From positions 20,028,001-20,092,000 of the forward strand of contig CM052816.1 of assembly GCA_028534125.1 (NCBI GenBank): 64,000 nt of DNA, given 5' to 3'. Shown here piece by piece: positions 11,482 to 23,900 of the stretch. Each line of letters begins with the position of its first letter. The stretch's first letter is position 1. The position numbers and the translations under genes were made by a program. This stretch comes from Lama glama (lineage: Eukaryota). Under the pieces are notes generated by a model that saw only the letters and a program-made list of their open reading frames with translations, was not told the origin of the DNA and did no database searches.

Positions 11482-11996
11482 CTGCAGTGGAGAGGAGCCA
11501 AGTAAGTGAGCCAGCCAGACCTGGAGGCCACTTAAGCTAGTTAATGCATCCTAAAGCCTCCTGTGGAGCCCTCCTAAGATCCCACCTCCCTGTGCTAGAG
11601 GACCAGACATGCTGGTTTGTTTAGGGCTATCCCAGTGTGATAATTTACAGCACCCCATTTACAGGCTAGGGGAAATAAGGGCAGAGGGTTTGGGTGACTT
11701 GCCTAAGGACACTGGCTGGCCAGTGGCAGAGCTGGAGTCATCTAGGCCAGACCTCACCACACCCTGGTCCAGGACTGGTCTGCTATTGGCCATCTCTGCT
11801 AGCTTTCTGGGCAGGAGGCAGACCCCCTGGCCTGGGGATCCAGGGCTCCACACACCCACCTTGCCCCTTCCTCCCCAGGGTTGAGTCAGCAGATTTCCCA
11901 CAGCCGACAATGGCTGATTTCAGAATGACTTTGCCTGAGGCTGAGGTGAATCAGCCGTCACAACCACCACTTTCCATTTTCTCACTGTGGGGAGGG

Positions 11997-12074
11997 AAAG
12001 GCTTTAAGTTTTGTATTTATCAACTTTACACAAAGAAAGGCTTCAAGTTTTATATTTATTAACTTTACACAAAG
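11997..12074. repeat. Tandem duplication, 39-bp unit x2
   Basis: AAAGGCTTYAAGTTTTRTATTTATYAACTTTACACAAAG twice. Confidence 0.9.
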
Positions 12075-12346
12075 GCCTGCTCCCATACAGGCACTGGATA
12101 GTCACTCAGGCTTTAGATTCCTATCTCAACCTGAAGCCTTCAAATTTTGACCTAGCACTCTCTCCCCCAGCTCTTTGGTATCCTCAGGCCCCTCATTCTT
12201 CTTGGCATTTTGGGAGGCCCTGAGTTTGTGCAGCCCCCGGTTCTCCATTTATACAAAGGGTCCAGCCACCTGGTCTCTTGACTGCCCCCCGCCCCAACTC
12301 CCTGGCTCTGGGTCCCATTGAGTCCCTCCCCATCCTAGATCCGTAC

Positions 12347-12458
12347 CTTGCTTCTGGCTGATGTCGGCTGGTGCTGGTGTAGGGTGTGGGCTGCTGAAAT
12401 GTTCATAGAGAGGAGAGAGTTGGGGAACGCCGTGGGAAGGCTGATTGGCCTTGTTGTG
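12347..12458 (-). CDS. TCF7: TCF7 exon 4 (112 nt), after the ~20.7 kb intron 3
   Basis: tttttcag|CAC; HNKANQPSHGVPQLSPLYEHFSSPHPTPAPADISQKQ; G|GTACGG. Confidence 0.95.
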
Positions 12459-14779
12459 CTGAAAAACGAGGAGGGTGGGTGAATGGGGGCGACCTGAGGA
12501 AGACACAGGGCTGGGGTGCACATATAGGAAGAGCCCCAATTAGCTGTGTGCAGGAAGCCCAACTGTCAAAGGAAAGTGGAGTGGTCAAAACCACATGCCT
12601 CACAGGACAGGGCCCCACTCAAGCCACCCTGTGTTCAGTGGCCCTGCCCTCCTGGCAGTCTCCGCCTGCCTTCAACTTTGCCCAAGCAGTTCAACTTCCT
12701 AGAGAGCCTCTTGGTCTTTCTGTGCCCCCAATTCTAGGAGGCACATCCCCTCTGTACAGGAAATTCTTCATGCCTCCTGCTTTCAGAGATCTCCCAGTTT
12801 CTCTGAGGCCCTCTGGCTTTTCTAGTGGGCTACTCACAAGCCTCCAGCCCCAGGACAGTCTGGAGCTTGCTTTCTTCCTCCTTCAGCTCCCAGACTTGGG
12901 GTCTTAAGTCTGACCCTCTGGAATCACCTCAGGCTTAAGAGGATTTGTTGACATAGGGAAGGGACCACCCTCCTCGGTCCTCTAACTCAGGGGAGGTGGG
13001 GCCAGGTGCAGCCAGTCCCCCCAGCCTCCACACTTCCTGTTTCCTAAGCACCACAGGACTCTTACTTTTCACACTAGTCACATGGATTTGTCATGAGATG
13101 ACTCACTCAGGCTGGGAAGGGGGCTCCCCACGAGACTCAGCCACAGGGAGTCTGCTGCTCTGGGCTGCGGCCCGGCTCTGCCTATCCTCAGTGCACACCT
13201 GTGCAAGCCAGGGCCCTGGAGACATCACCTACAACTGAAGCTCAGCTCCACTTAGAAAAGACCACCTGTAGGGATGCTGCTGTTAGGAGCACAGATGAGT
13301 GAATTCTGACCCCGCGGCACAGAAGAAAAGGGACATCTGTGGGGCAAGACAGTAATGAGGTTGTGGTCTGGGCGCCTTCCCACCCTGCAGGTGAAATTTC
13401 TCACTGGTAAATTTAGCCAGACTCCTTAACATCCCTGGGCCTCAGTTTCCTCTCCTGTGTTCACGGACAGGGTTCATGATCCCTTTATCACCAGGTCTGG
13501 GGAAGGTCAGGGTAGCTCTTGGTGAGGAGGCCTGGCACAGGTCCCTTGGTACTGGCTATTGGGGGTCCAGGGTGGGGCTAGAGGGAAGGGTGGCTACGGG
13601 CTCCTAGTGGGGTACAGGGCCTCACACCTCCCAACAACAGCCACCACCTTCCCCACATTCCTCCCTCCAGGGGAGTTTGAGGCTGGGCTGCAAGCTGCAC
13701 CCTTCCCCTCAGGGCTTGGGAGATTGCTGGCGTTGCCACCTGCTCATCCGTCTGCCCACCAGGAGGAGCCTTACATACCAGGGCTAATCAGCCTGCCTTC
13801 TGAGGCAGGAGTTAATGTTCTAATAGCAGTGGCTCCTCCTTTGGGGCTGGCATGGATTTGGCACCAGCCACTTCCTGAGCCTGATGCCTCACCTCTGACC
13901 GGAGCCCCCAGCTGGCCTCCTGGGGCAGGGCAGAAGGACTTCCCTCTCAGCCCCGAGGAGGGCTCTCCACTGTGAGCTTGAGGAAGTGTCCACCGACCAC
14001 GCTCAGTTCTTGGCCTTTAAGAACTTATTACAGTATCTGAGCCTCCATTACCTTGTCTTAAGTGGAGATGATCATAGGGTTGTTGTGAGGATAAAGCCAG
14101 ACAATACCCAGGAACTCCATTACTCTGATGTCAGGTAATGGGAAAGGGACATGCAGGAAGCTCCTCATGTCCCTCATGTCATAAGGAAATGCAACTCATA
14201 GGGCTTCCCTAGCCTTCTGGTGCCAGGACTTACACGGGCCAGACGTTTTGGTCTTATGCTGAAAGGAGTTTGTCTGGAGATGGCAGACACACCTGGCAGC
14301 CCACTGGGAGCATCACCTGGGGAGAGTGATGACAGTGCCATGCCATCCCTGGGCCTGGGTTGCAGTGACTTTCCTGCTGCTGATCCAAGGCCAGGCTTCC
14401 TGAGCGAGCTGGGGGAATCTCGTGGCACTCTCAGGCTTTCTTTTATCCCCAGCACCAAACCAGACACAACGGTAACAGATCAGGAGTATGGGGGAATGGA
14501 AGGTGGACATGGGGTCCAGGCCTGCAGGTGGCTGGCAAGAGAGAGAGGAGTAGACTGGCGATGGGTGTGGGGTGTGTGGGGCACGTGAAATCCTTCATGT
14601 ACGGAGTACCTGCCACATGCCAGGCACTCTGCAAGCCCAATCTTTGTCCCAACAGGGTACCAACAGGTTGCCATTTCTCTCACCTGTAAATCCTCTAGGT
14701 GCCACCTCAAGTCTTGCTCCCCATTACTGCAAACCTCAGCAGAGCTGTCCCCATTCACTGCCTCTGTTTCTCAGCTCTC

Positions 14780-15830
14780 TTTATCCCTTCATCCAAGCCA
14801 GTCTCTTGCCCCCTCACTTTACCAGGTGACCCTTGTCAAGGTCCCCAATACTACCATGTTGCTCATATCAGTGGTCAATTCTGAGTCTTCCTTTTACCTG
14901 ACCTCTCAGCAGCACTGAACACAACTGGTATCTCCTTTCTCCTTGCAACAGAATGTCACACTTCCAGAAAGTCACACTTCCCTGATTTTCCTCCAGCCTC
15001 ACAGGCCACCCCTTCTCAGCTATGTTTGTGGCTCTTCATCCTCTTCCTGACCTGATCCAAAATGGGCCCTCAATTCTCTATCAATCCTCACCTCCCAGGG
15101 TGCTCTCATCCAGGCTTATGGCTTTAAAAGTCTTCATCTGATGACTCCACATCTCTGTCTCCAGCCCCACTTCTCCTAGGAATGCCACTCTCCAAATGCC
15201 TACTCAACAACTCAGAGTAGGCATGTCCCAAACACACATCCAAAGTAGAACCTTTGACTTTTGCCCCAGACACTGTATCTTCCTTAGTTGATGGCAATTC
15301 CCTCCTTCCAGCTGCTGCGACCAAACTGCTTGGAGTCATCTTTGACGCTCTTTTTCTCACACTATACATCCGATTTGTCAGCAAATCCTAATGGCTCTGC
15401 TTTCAAAATATATCAGAGTCCAACCACCATTTCTTTTTTGTTTTTGTTTTGGGGGGGGTAATTAGGTTTATTAATTTTTTTAATGGAGGTACTGGGGATT
15501 GAACCCAGGACTTCATGCATGCTAGGCAGGCACTCCACCACTGAGCTATACCCTCCCCCACAACCACTTCTTCTTTTCACCCTATCCCCACCTAGTCCAA
15601 GCCACAGTCATTTCTCACCTGGTGACCGCAGCAGCCTCCTGCTCTCTCAAGCCTCCATCCAGCAGTCATAGAAATCAGATCACATTGCTGCTCAGCCTAG
15701 AGCCTCTGACAGCCTGACCCAGGCCCACAAAACTGTGTGACCACGCCCCTAACTACCTCTCTAACCCCATTACCTTCCTCTTTCCTCGCTCACTATGCCA
15801 GAACTTGCCAAGGGTGCTTCAGCTTCTAGC
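14780..15830 (+). mobile_element. L2 LINE fragment
   Basis: TCATCCAGGCTTATGGCTTTAAA..GATGACTCCACATCTCTGTCTCCAGCCC..TTGGAGTCATCTTTGAC..CTTTCAAAATATATC; boundaries approximate. Confidence 0.75.
15432..15559 (-). mobile_element. tRNA-derived SINE, vic-1-like (camelid), inserted in an L2
   Basis: Reverse complement GGGGGAGGGTATAGCTCAGTGGTGGAGTGCCTGCCTAGCATGCATGAAGTCCTGGGTTCAATCCCCAGTACCTCC with A and B boxes, AATAAA/A-rich tail and imperfect CAACCAC..TTCTTTT flanking repeat. Confidence 0.85.
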
Positions 15831-18269
15831 CTCCTCTGGTTACTCCAGTGACAATTTCCACACCAGGCCGTGATGGGAAGTGGGCTGGAAGTGCAGCTCT
15901 AGGCTTGTGGACTTTTTCACCATAGGATCCTGGGCCAGTCTGGCCCTTGTAAAATGAGCATGAGAATATCAACCCTGCCTACCTCACTGGTCACAGATGC
16001 AAAAATCCTGCTTTATCCTAGAATTTTTAGGAGCAGGAGCCAGGGGCCTCTGAAGGTGGAAAGCTTCCTGGAAACCTCAGGGGCCTCTTTACCTTGATAG
16101 GTTCCCAAGACAGTGGTAGCCAGATCCTAAGCCTCATGGCACACAGGGAGCCTGAACCTCAGGGCCTACTCCCTTAGGAACCTGGGACCCTGGTGGGAGG
16201 CACTCCACCATTTCCTGTCTAAGGGCATGAATGCCTGGATCCCTAGCCCAGTAGGAATGAACACCCTCCACAGGTCCTTCCGCACTAGGCACTTTCAAGT
16301 CTAAACTTCTGCTTCAGAGAAGGCCCTGCCATCCACCCTTGGCTCTGGCTTGTTGGCCCCCCTGACTGTAAGCCTAGGCAGTGAAGTGGGCAGCTCTGAC
16401 CCTTGGGAGCAGGGCCTGGGGTCCAAGGTGCCAGCTCCAGGAAGTCAGGTCCAAAGTCCCACTCTGCCCAGGCTGTGGGGAGTGTGGGGTGTCTGCTCCA
16501 AGTCAGGGAGAGGGTGATTCCACAGCATGTTTCTCAGCCAACCACCCTCCCTGGGGAGGGCTAGCTTTGGCCAGGAATCCCTGGAGAGCCCTCTGGCCCA
16601 AGGGACGGCTGGAGCTGAGCCTCCTTGACCAGGCTGGTGAAGCCTCATGTTGTAGCACAGCTCAGTCTAGGCCTAGGAATCCAGCTCTGCCTACAGCCTC
16701 TGGCCTGGTATGTGTGTGTGTGACGGGCAGGGGGATGGCAGGTGGGGTGGGGGTGGTTTGCCTGGTGGACGGAGGGCTCACCCTGGCAACCAGCATTCCC
16801 TAGGAACTGGGGAAAAGCCTCATTAAACAGGAGTATGCAGCCAAACCACAGGAGAGGTGCCAGGTGGGCAGAACTGGGGCTGAGAGCCTGCCGGCAGCTG
16901 GAAGCCCTGAGGTGCCAGACTCCAGAGCAGGGCACTGATGGCCCAGCCAGTCCTTCCCACGTTCATGCAGGCTGCTTCTCCGCCTCACTCCACAGACCCC
17001 CTCCGTGCCTGGTGGTGATAGCCAGGGGGAACTGTCTGCAGGGCCCCACGGCCCCCTCAGCCACTGGAACGTCCCGCTCCATGGCCCCAGCACAAGGCTG
17101 TCCCAGGGCTAGGCTGCCGAGACAACAGGGAGGAGTTGCCTGGGGCCTGGCCTGTGTATGGGGAGCCCCTCCTCTCCTCCTCCAATGGTGACTGTGCCCA
17201 ACCTCCAAGGGATGGAGGCAGGCCTGGATTGATTGTCCCCACCGGTCCCTGAGCATCTCGATGGCACAACTTCATCTCCCTTACCTCTGAGGGCAGAGTG
17301 CCAAGCACAGAGCTGGGCACTCAATAAGTGCTCACAGCATGGTAGGATGTGTAAACGAACGGAAGACTCAACAGCAGTCCATACTCCTTGCACAGGACAC
17401 TCCAGGACCCCCATTCTTGGCGTTTGTGTACAGTCCCTTTCCCCTGTACCCCTCCGGAGTGCAGGACTCTGAGGCCCTTGGACTGCGAGGCCATGTCTGC
17501 CACAGCCTTAGCAGAGGCGGTCCTTCCTGCACCGGCACTGCTCTTACTGCTCTTCCCCACACCAGTTCAAAACCTATGGTCCCAAAGGCGGTCCTCGTCC
17601 TTCTGGGATATTTTCATGAGCCCATGGCTGGAAATTCCTCATTCTGGTGCCCCAGCATGCCCTCCTTTTGTTGAGCAGGCTGGAGCCAGGAAGGGGCCGT
17701 AGGGCAGGGCTGGGCAGGAGGAGGAAATGAGGGACTCCTGAGGTAGGTCTCCTCTGCTCTGAAGTCGAGCTGGGGCCTGGATGGGCTGCTCCCACCTCCC
17801 TCTCCCCACCCCCCAACCCCACTTCCTGCAGGCTCAGGTGAAAAATAAACACAGTCGGCATTTTCCCTGCAGACCGCAGAGGTCTGCTCACAGGCTGTGT
17901 GCACCCTGAAAGCCCTTGCCACCGCCAGCAGAGAAACTCCCTCGCCTCTGACGGTTGACTCTAAAAACCCCCAAATGCTTGAGCCCCACAACACTTTCCC
18001 AGCGAAGAAAGTTGCCGCTTCCTCTGGCCTCAAGCCTGGGGGATGGGGAGCGTGGGAGGCCTGACATGGCCCTCCCAAGGCGGCCTCCCCTTGGCAGGGG
18101 ACTGTGCCAGAAGCACCCCCTCCACTAACACACACTCACACATACACACACTGCACCAGAAATCGCAGTTGATCACTATCAGCAGAAACATTCAATCAGG
18201 ATTTATTTACTAAGCTTCTACTATGTATCAGGCAAAAGAATGTTTCAGACCAAGGGAACAGCTTCTGTT

Positions 18270-18480
18270 AATGACAGCTGATTTTTTGCCATATGCTAGA
18301 CATAGTTCTGAGTGCCTTACAGAGTTTAACTCATACATTCCTAAAATAAACCTATGACATAGGTATAATTATTATCCTCATTTGATAGATGAAGAAACTG
18401 AGGCACAGAGATGTTACAGCGCTTGCTCAAGGTCACACAGCTCATAGTGGCAGAGCTGAGATTCCACCCATTGTACTGCA
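18270..18480 (-). mobile_element. MIR SINE
   Basis: Core ATTATCCTCATTTGATAGATGAAGAAACTGAGGCACAGAGA..CAAGGTCACACAGCT. Confidence 0.8.
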
Positions 18481-21400
18481 AAAGCCCTATGGTTACTGTG
18501 GACAGAAAAGGGGGGAGCAGGGGCCTGGGGGTCCCGGTCCTAAATTCAGTCTCTCCCTTCTTCAACCTAGTTGGTCAGACCCTTGGACTGCGAGGCCATG
18601 TGCCTTCCTGACCCTATAAATGCTTCAGCAGGCTCTGGGACCCTGGGGTTGGGGTTCTAGCCATACCCCATGCCTGCCCGCCAGGGCTGCTGACACTGGC
18701 AGCTTGCCTGATGGTGATAGTTGGACATGGCCCCCATGTCCCCAGCCCACATCTCCCCTGCTCACCATGGCACAACTACACACTAGTCATGCCCAAACAA
18801 CACAGGCCTGCTTCCCTCTTACCCAGGTATCCAGCTCTTCTTTGCCTCACCGCCTTTACCCGCCCCTTCCGCCCTCCCCTCCCAACTTCCCATACTTCCT
18901 CCTGCTCTTTGCCAGACTGGTTCCTTTTCATCCTGACCTCAGTCTAAGGACCATTTCCTGGGAAAGGACATGACCAGGATGGGGTTCCACAGGCCCAGCA
19001 GGCAGAGATGTCCACTTGGTGCAGAGGTTGGCTTGGGGGTCCTGGAGGGCAGAATCAGCTTGTTAGTCATCTCTGCCTCTCCAGGTTCTGTATTTGGCAT
19101 GTTCACTAAGACTTGTTGAATGAAGGCCTCTAGAATCCCTGGTGCCCCAGAACCTCTGCATGCCCACCTGCTCATCTGCGGTGAAGCTGCCTTCAGTCTC
19201 TCAGCTCCTGCCTTGGGGGGGTGGGGGTTGTTTCTGATGGCTGCTCTGGAGCTGGGGAAAGGCCCTTGGGGACTAGCCCACAGAAGGAGTGACAGATCCA
19301 CACCTGGAGCCACACAGAAAGGTGGGCTCTCCATAGAGTTGTTATTCTCTCCACCAAGTGCACAGAGGTGAAACTAAGTATTGTAAATGTCACATGTGAC
19401 AACCCATTTGAGGCAGGCATTATCATTCCAATTTTACACATGAGGGAAATGAAGCTCAGTGGTGCTGAGAAGGTTTCCCATACACTGTCCTCCATCAGCT
19501 CAGCGCTGCAGACCCCTTTAAGGGCTCTCAGGGTCTTCAGTGCTGCAAGGCAGCTACTCTCTCATCCCTCCCCTCCTCTCCCTCGGTGCCCCAGACACTG
19601 AGGGCTGCTGGCCCCAAGGGCCATGCTGTTCCACTCTGCCTGAACAACTCTCCTCCCATTTGCTGGGCCCTCAAAGTTGAGTCTCCAGCAGTATGGGTGG
19701 GGCCCAATGTGAGCCGGTGTTTATGTGGCAGCGCTGGGGCTGGCTGGGGCTGGGCACAGGATCACAGCAGTACACAGGAAGCTGGGAGGAGCTGGGACCA
19801 CTGCAAGGAGTCAGGGATATCCTGCCTGGCACCTGAGACCCCATGTTACCTCCTACTCCGTCTCTTCCTTCCTGCAATACCTTGGGAGTCAGAACTGACC
19901 AAAGCCAGGGCCACCACTAATTCATGTGGTGCCTTTGTGCTAAGTAGAAAAAGTACCCCTTCCTCTGAAGACATACCTGAGCTCACACCGGGGCACGCAG
20001 CTTGAGAAGCATGGTGCCAGCTTGGTTTCAGCTCCTTGGCCCAGCTCCCCTGCACAACCCTACACAGTGGCCCAGCTCAGAAGGCCCTCTCCAGTTCTCA
20101 CTTCTCCTCCTTGCATTGCCAGGAGCCAGGCTTATCAGCTCGCAGCCAGGCTCTATCCAAGGCCTGTCCCTGAGCATCTACTCTGGCCCTGATCAGTTCC
20201 TCCAGACTCTTCTCCCACTTCCAGGGCCCACCACATCTCCCCCAGCCTCTGTCTGGAGCTGGCAATCCACTGTCTAGCACAAACGGTGCTTAAGTACCAA
20301 GGAATCTGGCCAGTTGCTGAATGGGAAGCTCCCTCAAGGCATGGAACCACGAGAATGAACTTCCCAGAAGGAGGCAGTTCCCCTTTCCAAAGGGGATTCA
20401 CCTGCATAACAGCCAGGCCTTGATTTGTGGGCTGCTGCAGGTACACCCTAGCTGGGCTCATGCCCTTTTATCCCCAGCCCCTCTCTCTGGGCCCTGCTGC
20501 CCAGGACATGGTGCTCTCCCCAGGATGACCCTCAAGCTCCCCGCCCACAGCATGCCGGATGCCTTGTGCCAGACACCCACCACAGGGCATGGAGCCATGG
20601 CTGTTGGCCAGCTGAGATAGAGGGCTGGGGGATGGCTGGGCCACACCCTTGTGGACCAGGAGACTTCAGCCCTGTCTGCCAGCATAGGACTGTTGCCATG
20701 GATGCACAGAGCCCTGCCAGGTGAGTGTGGTCAGTCTATCAGCTGCCTGGCCTCGACATCAGATAACAGGTCCCTGCCACAGCAGAGGTGAGGATCTGGG
20801 TCCCTGCATGCAGCCCTGGCAAACCACAGGCGTGCTCTAGACCCAGCCCAGCTAGCGGAACCTCACTGAGCTGAGTGGCCTGGCCCACAGCCTCCAGTGG
20901 TTTCTATGCATTCGTTTACTTTTGTTTTCCTTCCTCCTCTTTGAGGTAAACGCCCCTCAGGACAGGATGTTTTTAGAGGAAAATGTAAGCTTCCGGGAGT
21001 TGCTGCAACCAAGCTGCTTGCTGATGCCACCGACAGTGTGTGGGGACTCTGCAGCAGCCCTGGGCTGGGCATCCCTCCCGCCCAGCAGTCGGTACCCAGC
21101 CCCTCAGCGCCCAGCCATCCAGGAGCCCACGTAGGCTGAGGCAGGCTGGGCACAATCGCCGCTCAGGCTGTGGACGGCAGTGTGGAAGGACACATTTGAG
21201 GAGTGCAGAGGTTTTGTTCCCCTGGGAGCAAAACCAAAAGGCTTTGTAAAAAGTATGAAGAGAGCGGCAGAGGAGCAGATTTAGAGATGGCAGCCCCCGT
21301 TAGTGACAGCCTACTGCCGACACACCGCACACCTAGCAGAGTCCCGTCCCCCCACCAGAATCCCATCAGTCTTCCCAGCCGCATTGAGGCGTGCGTACAG

Positions 21401-23378
21401 AGAGGAAAGGGGAGCTTGGAGAGCTCAGATGACTTGCCCATGATCTCAGAGCAAGTAGAGACGGATCTGGACTTGAATCCAGCCCTTTGGGGTTCCTGGC
21501 CAGAGGTCTTTACCACTCAGTGACACCTCATAGGCCAGCTGGTAGCCTGCCAGCATGGAGACTACGTGTGGTCCCAGGAGCCACGGTTGCCGGATTCCCC
21601 CTCCCTCCTCATTAAGACCTCCCCCTACCCAGGACCTGGGATCACTGATTTTGCCAGCAACACCCTGCAATAATCTTTCTTGGAAAAAACTGTCTAACAG
21701 CATGGCTCTCACCTCCACCAGCCCTATGTGAAAGGTGTCTTCACCCTGCCCTCATAGGGGGTGGTTTTGGTTCTCAGTTGTAAATGACTAAAGGAGCCAT
21801 GAGAAGTCATTCTTCCCACAAGATCTGGCCTCTGTTCTCCTCCTCCACATGCAAGGCGGGGTGGGACAGCCACTGGCAGCTGGGGTGGCTCTCACCAGGG
21901 CTTGACAGAGTAAGCGTGCTGCCTAGGGGTGGAAGCTGGGAGAGCCCCGGCAGGGCGCAGAGAGAGGGAGGCTGAGGAGGCTAAGGTTCAGCAGTGGCTC
22001 GAGGATGTGAGGGAGAGCAGGCTTGGAGATCTCATCCCGAGCCCTCGCTCTGCACTCCTGTCCTGACTGATTCCAGCCAGCTTCTGAGGAGCAAAGACCA
22101 GACGGGGGCCTCTGAGTTACCTGCTCTGTTCAGCTGCCTGTACCAGCCCCAGGAGGACAGTTCTGCCCTGGGGCCATGGTCAGGAAGCTTACTTGGTCTA
22201 ATCTTTGCAGCTATTGCCAGTTAAGGCCCTTGTGGCTCTGCCTGGGCTCAGTCCAAGGGAAACAAGGCAAGGAGTGGAAAGGGGTTGCTGGAGGCTTCGA
22301 GCCCCAGAATGCTCCCACCCAAGCCCCTCATGCCCAGTGTAAGCAGAGGGAGGAGGGCAGGGATGCTCCAACTGCCACAGGGGCCCTCTTGAGGTGGAGC
22401 CCCCTAATGAGGTTGAGTTAGGGGACTCCAAAAACCACACCAAACAGCTCTTACAGATACACACCTGGGTCTAACAGTATAAAAGTACAGGGGAGAGGGC
22501 AAAATACCAAATTCCTGGGGGGTAAGAAGTGGGGATGAATGGGACAGGGGAGCCAAGGGAACCCAGGTGCTGCTATAAAACCTAATTTTCCAAAAATGAG
22601 TGGCTAGATATGTTGCCTCCAAGGCCAGATAGCATGCGGTAAGGGCAGGAACACAAAGGCAGATGCCTGAGTTCACATCTCTCCTCCAGCACTTACCAGG
22701 TACAAGTCTTTGCACGCTTTGTGTTCAATGTCCATATCTCATGGGGACTGAATGAAGTAATATTTGTGTCTGCTAATATTTTTTAAATTAATGAAGAAGA
22801 AAACAAAAGATGAAGGCAAGCATGTCCCTAGACCAAGCCTTTTCAGGGAAGCCAGCTTTTGTGCTAGTCCGAGGCTACTGGCCCTCGATTTCCTTTGGGC
22901 TACTGTCTGATTGTTGTCAGGCCAAATTCCTGAGCTCCTGACTGGCCTTCAATGACCAGAGCTGAGGGGTGGGGTTGGGAAGTGCAGATGAGGGCAGAAG
23001 AAGAAACTCTCAAAATGCCCCAGCTAGGCCGACAGGCGGCTCTGGTTCCCAAACAACTTTCCTGTGGGGGATGGAGGGAGGACACCTATATCCAGGGACG
23101 CTCTCAGATTCCTCAGTCCAGCCATTCCCATCGCCTCAGGGCCTAGGACACCCTCTAGCCCATCCCTGGACCACAAAGAGGAGGGCACCTGGCCCAAAGA
23201 AGTCAAAGAGTGGGCGCCAAGCTAAGCCAGGACCAGGACCAGAGTTAGAAAGGACTCCATCTATACATAGTCCTTACCTGTCCTTGCATCATGCATCACA
23301 ACTGAGGTAATCTTAAATGTCATTTATAAACACCTTTCCAAGTAGTATTTATTCTGGAAGCCCTGAGCTCCTGCTTTC

Positions 23379-23433
23379 TTTTTTTTTTTTTTTTTACATT
23401 TTTATTGATTCATAATCATTTTACAGTGTTGTG
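23379..23433 (-). mobile_element. Severely 5'-truncated L1 3' end with poly(A) and perfect 17-bp TSD
   Basis: TSD CCTGAGCTCCTGCTTTC at 23362-23378 and 23434-23450; insert reads CACAACACTGTAAAATGATTATGAATCAATAAAAATGT(A)17; TTTC|AA target. Confidence 0.85.
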
Positions 23434-23684
23434 CCTGAGCTCCTGCTTTCAACCAAGAAACACAGCCCTTTTGGCCCTAAGAGCCCTGCTCTTGCCAGGC
23501 ATCTGGTCCAGCCCTGACCCAGGCCCAGAGCTCTGAGGTCATGACCAGGAGGGGCAGTAAGGGCCAAGTCTTTCTTTGAGGCCAGAGAAAGCCAGCTCAT
23601 GAACCAAACAGGAATGGAAGTAATGCTCAGCTCTGCAGCCTGCAATGCCTCCAGCTCCACACATTTGAGAGCAAAGGGGCAGAG

Positions 23685-23900
23685 CATGGGATTTGGGGTA
23701 AAACAGACCTAAGTCCAAGTCCTGACTCTGCCAGATACTAGCACGTTCTTAACCTCTCTGAGTCTCAGTTTCCCCACCTGTAAAACGAGAGCAATAATAG
23801 TATCTACTTTCCCGGCTTCTTGTAGGGCCCTTGATACTGGGATTAAAAGTCCCTAGCAGGGGTCTGGCACTTGGGAAGTTCTCAACACATGCACTGTTGT
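23685..23900 (+). mobile_element. MIR SINE
   Basis: TTAACCTCTCTGAGTCTCAGTTTCCCCACCTGTAAAA..ATAATAGTATCTAC. Confidence 0.7.

Noticed and set aside
15485..15559. tRNA gene
   Set aside because: tRNA-like head is followed by a SINE tail and flanking repeat, and a second degenerate copy exists; it is a SINE
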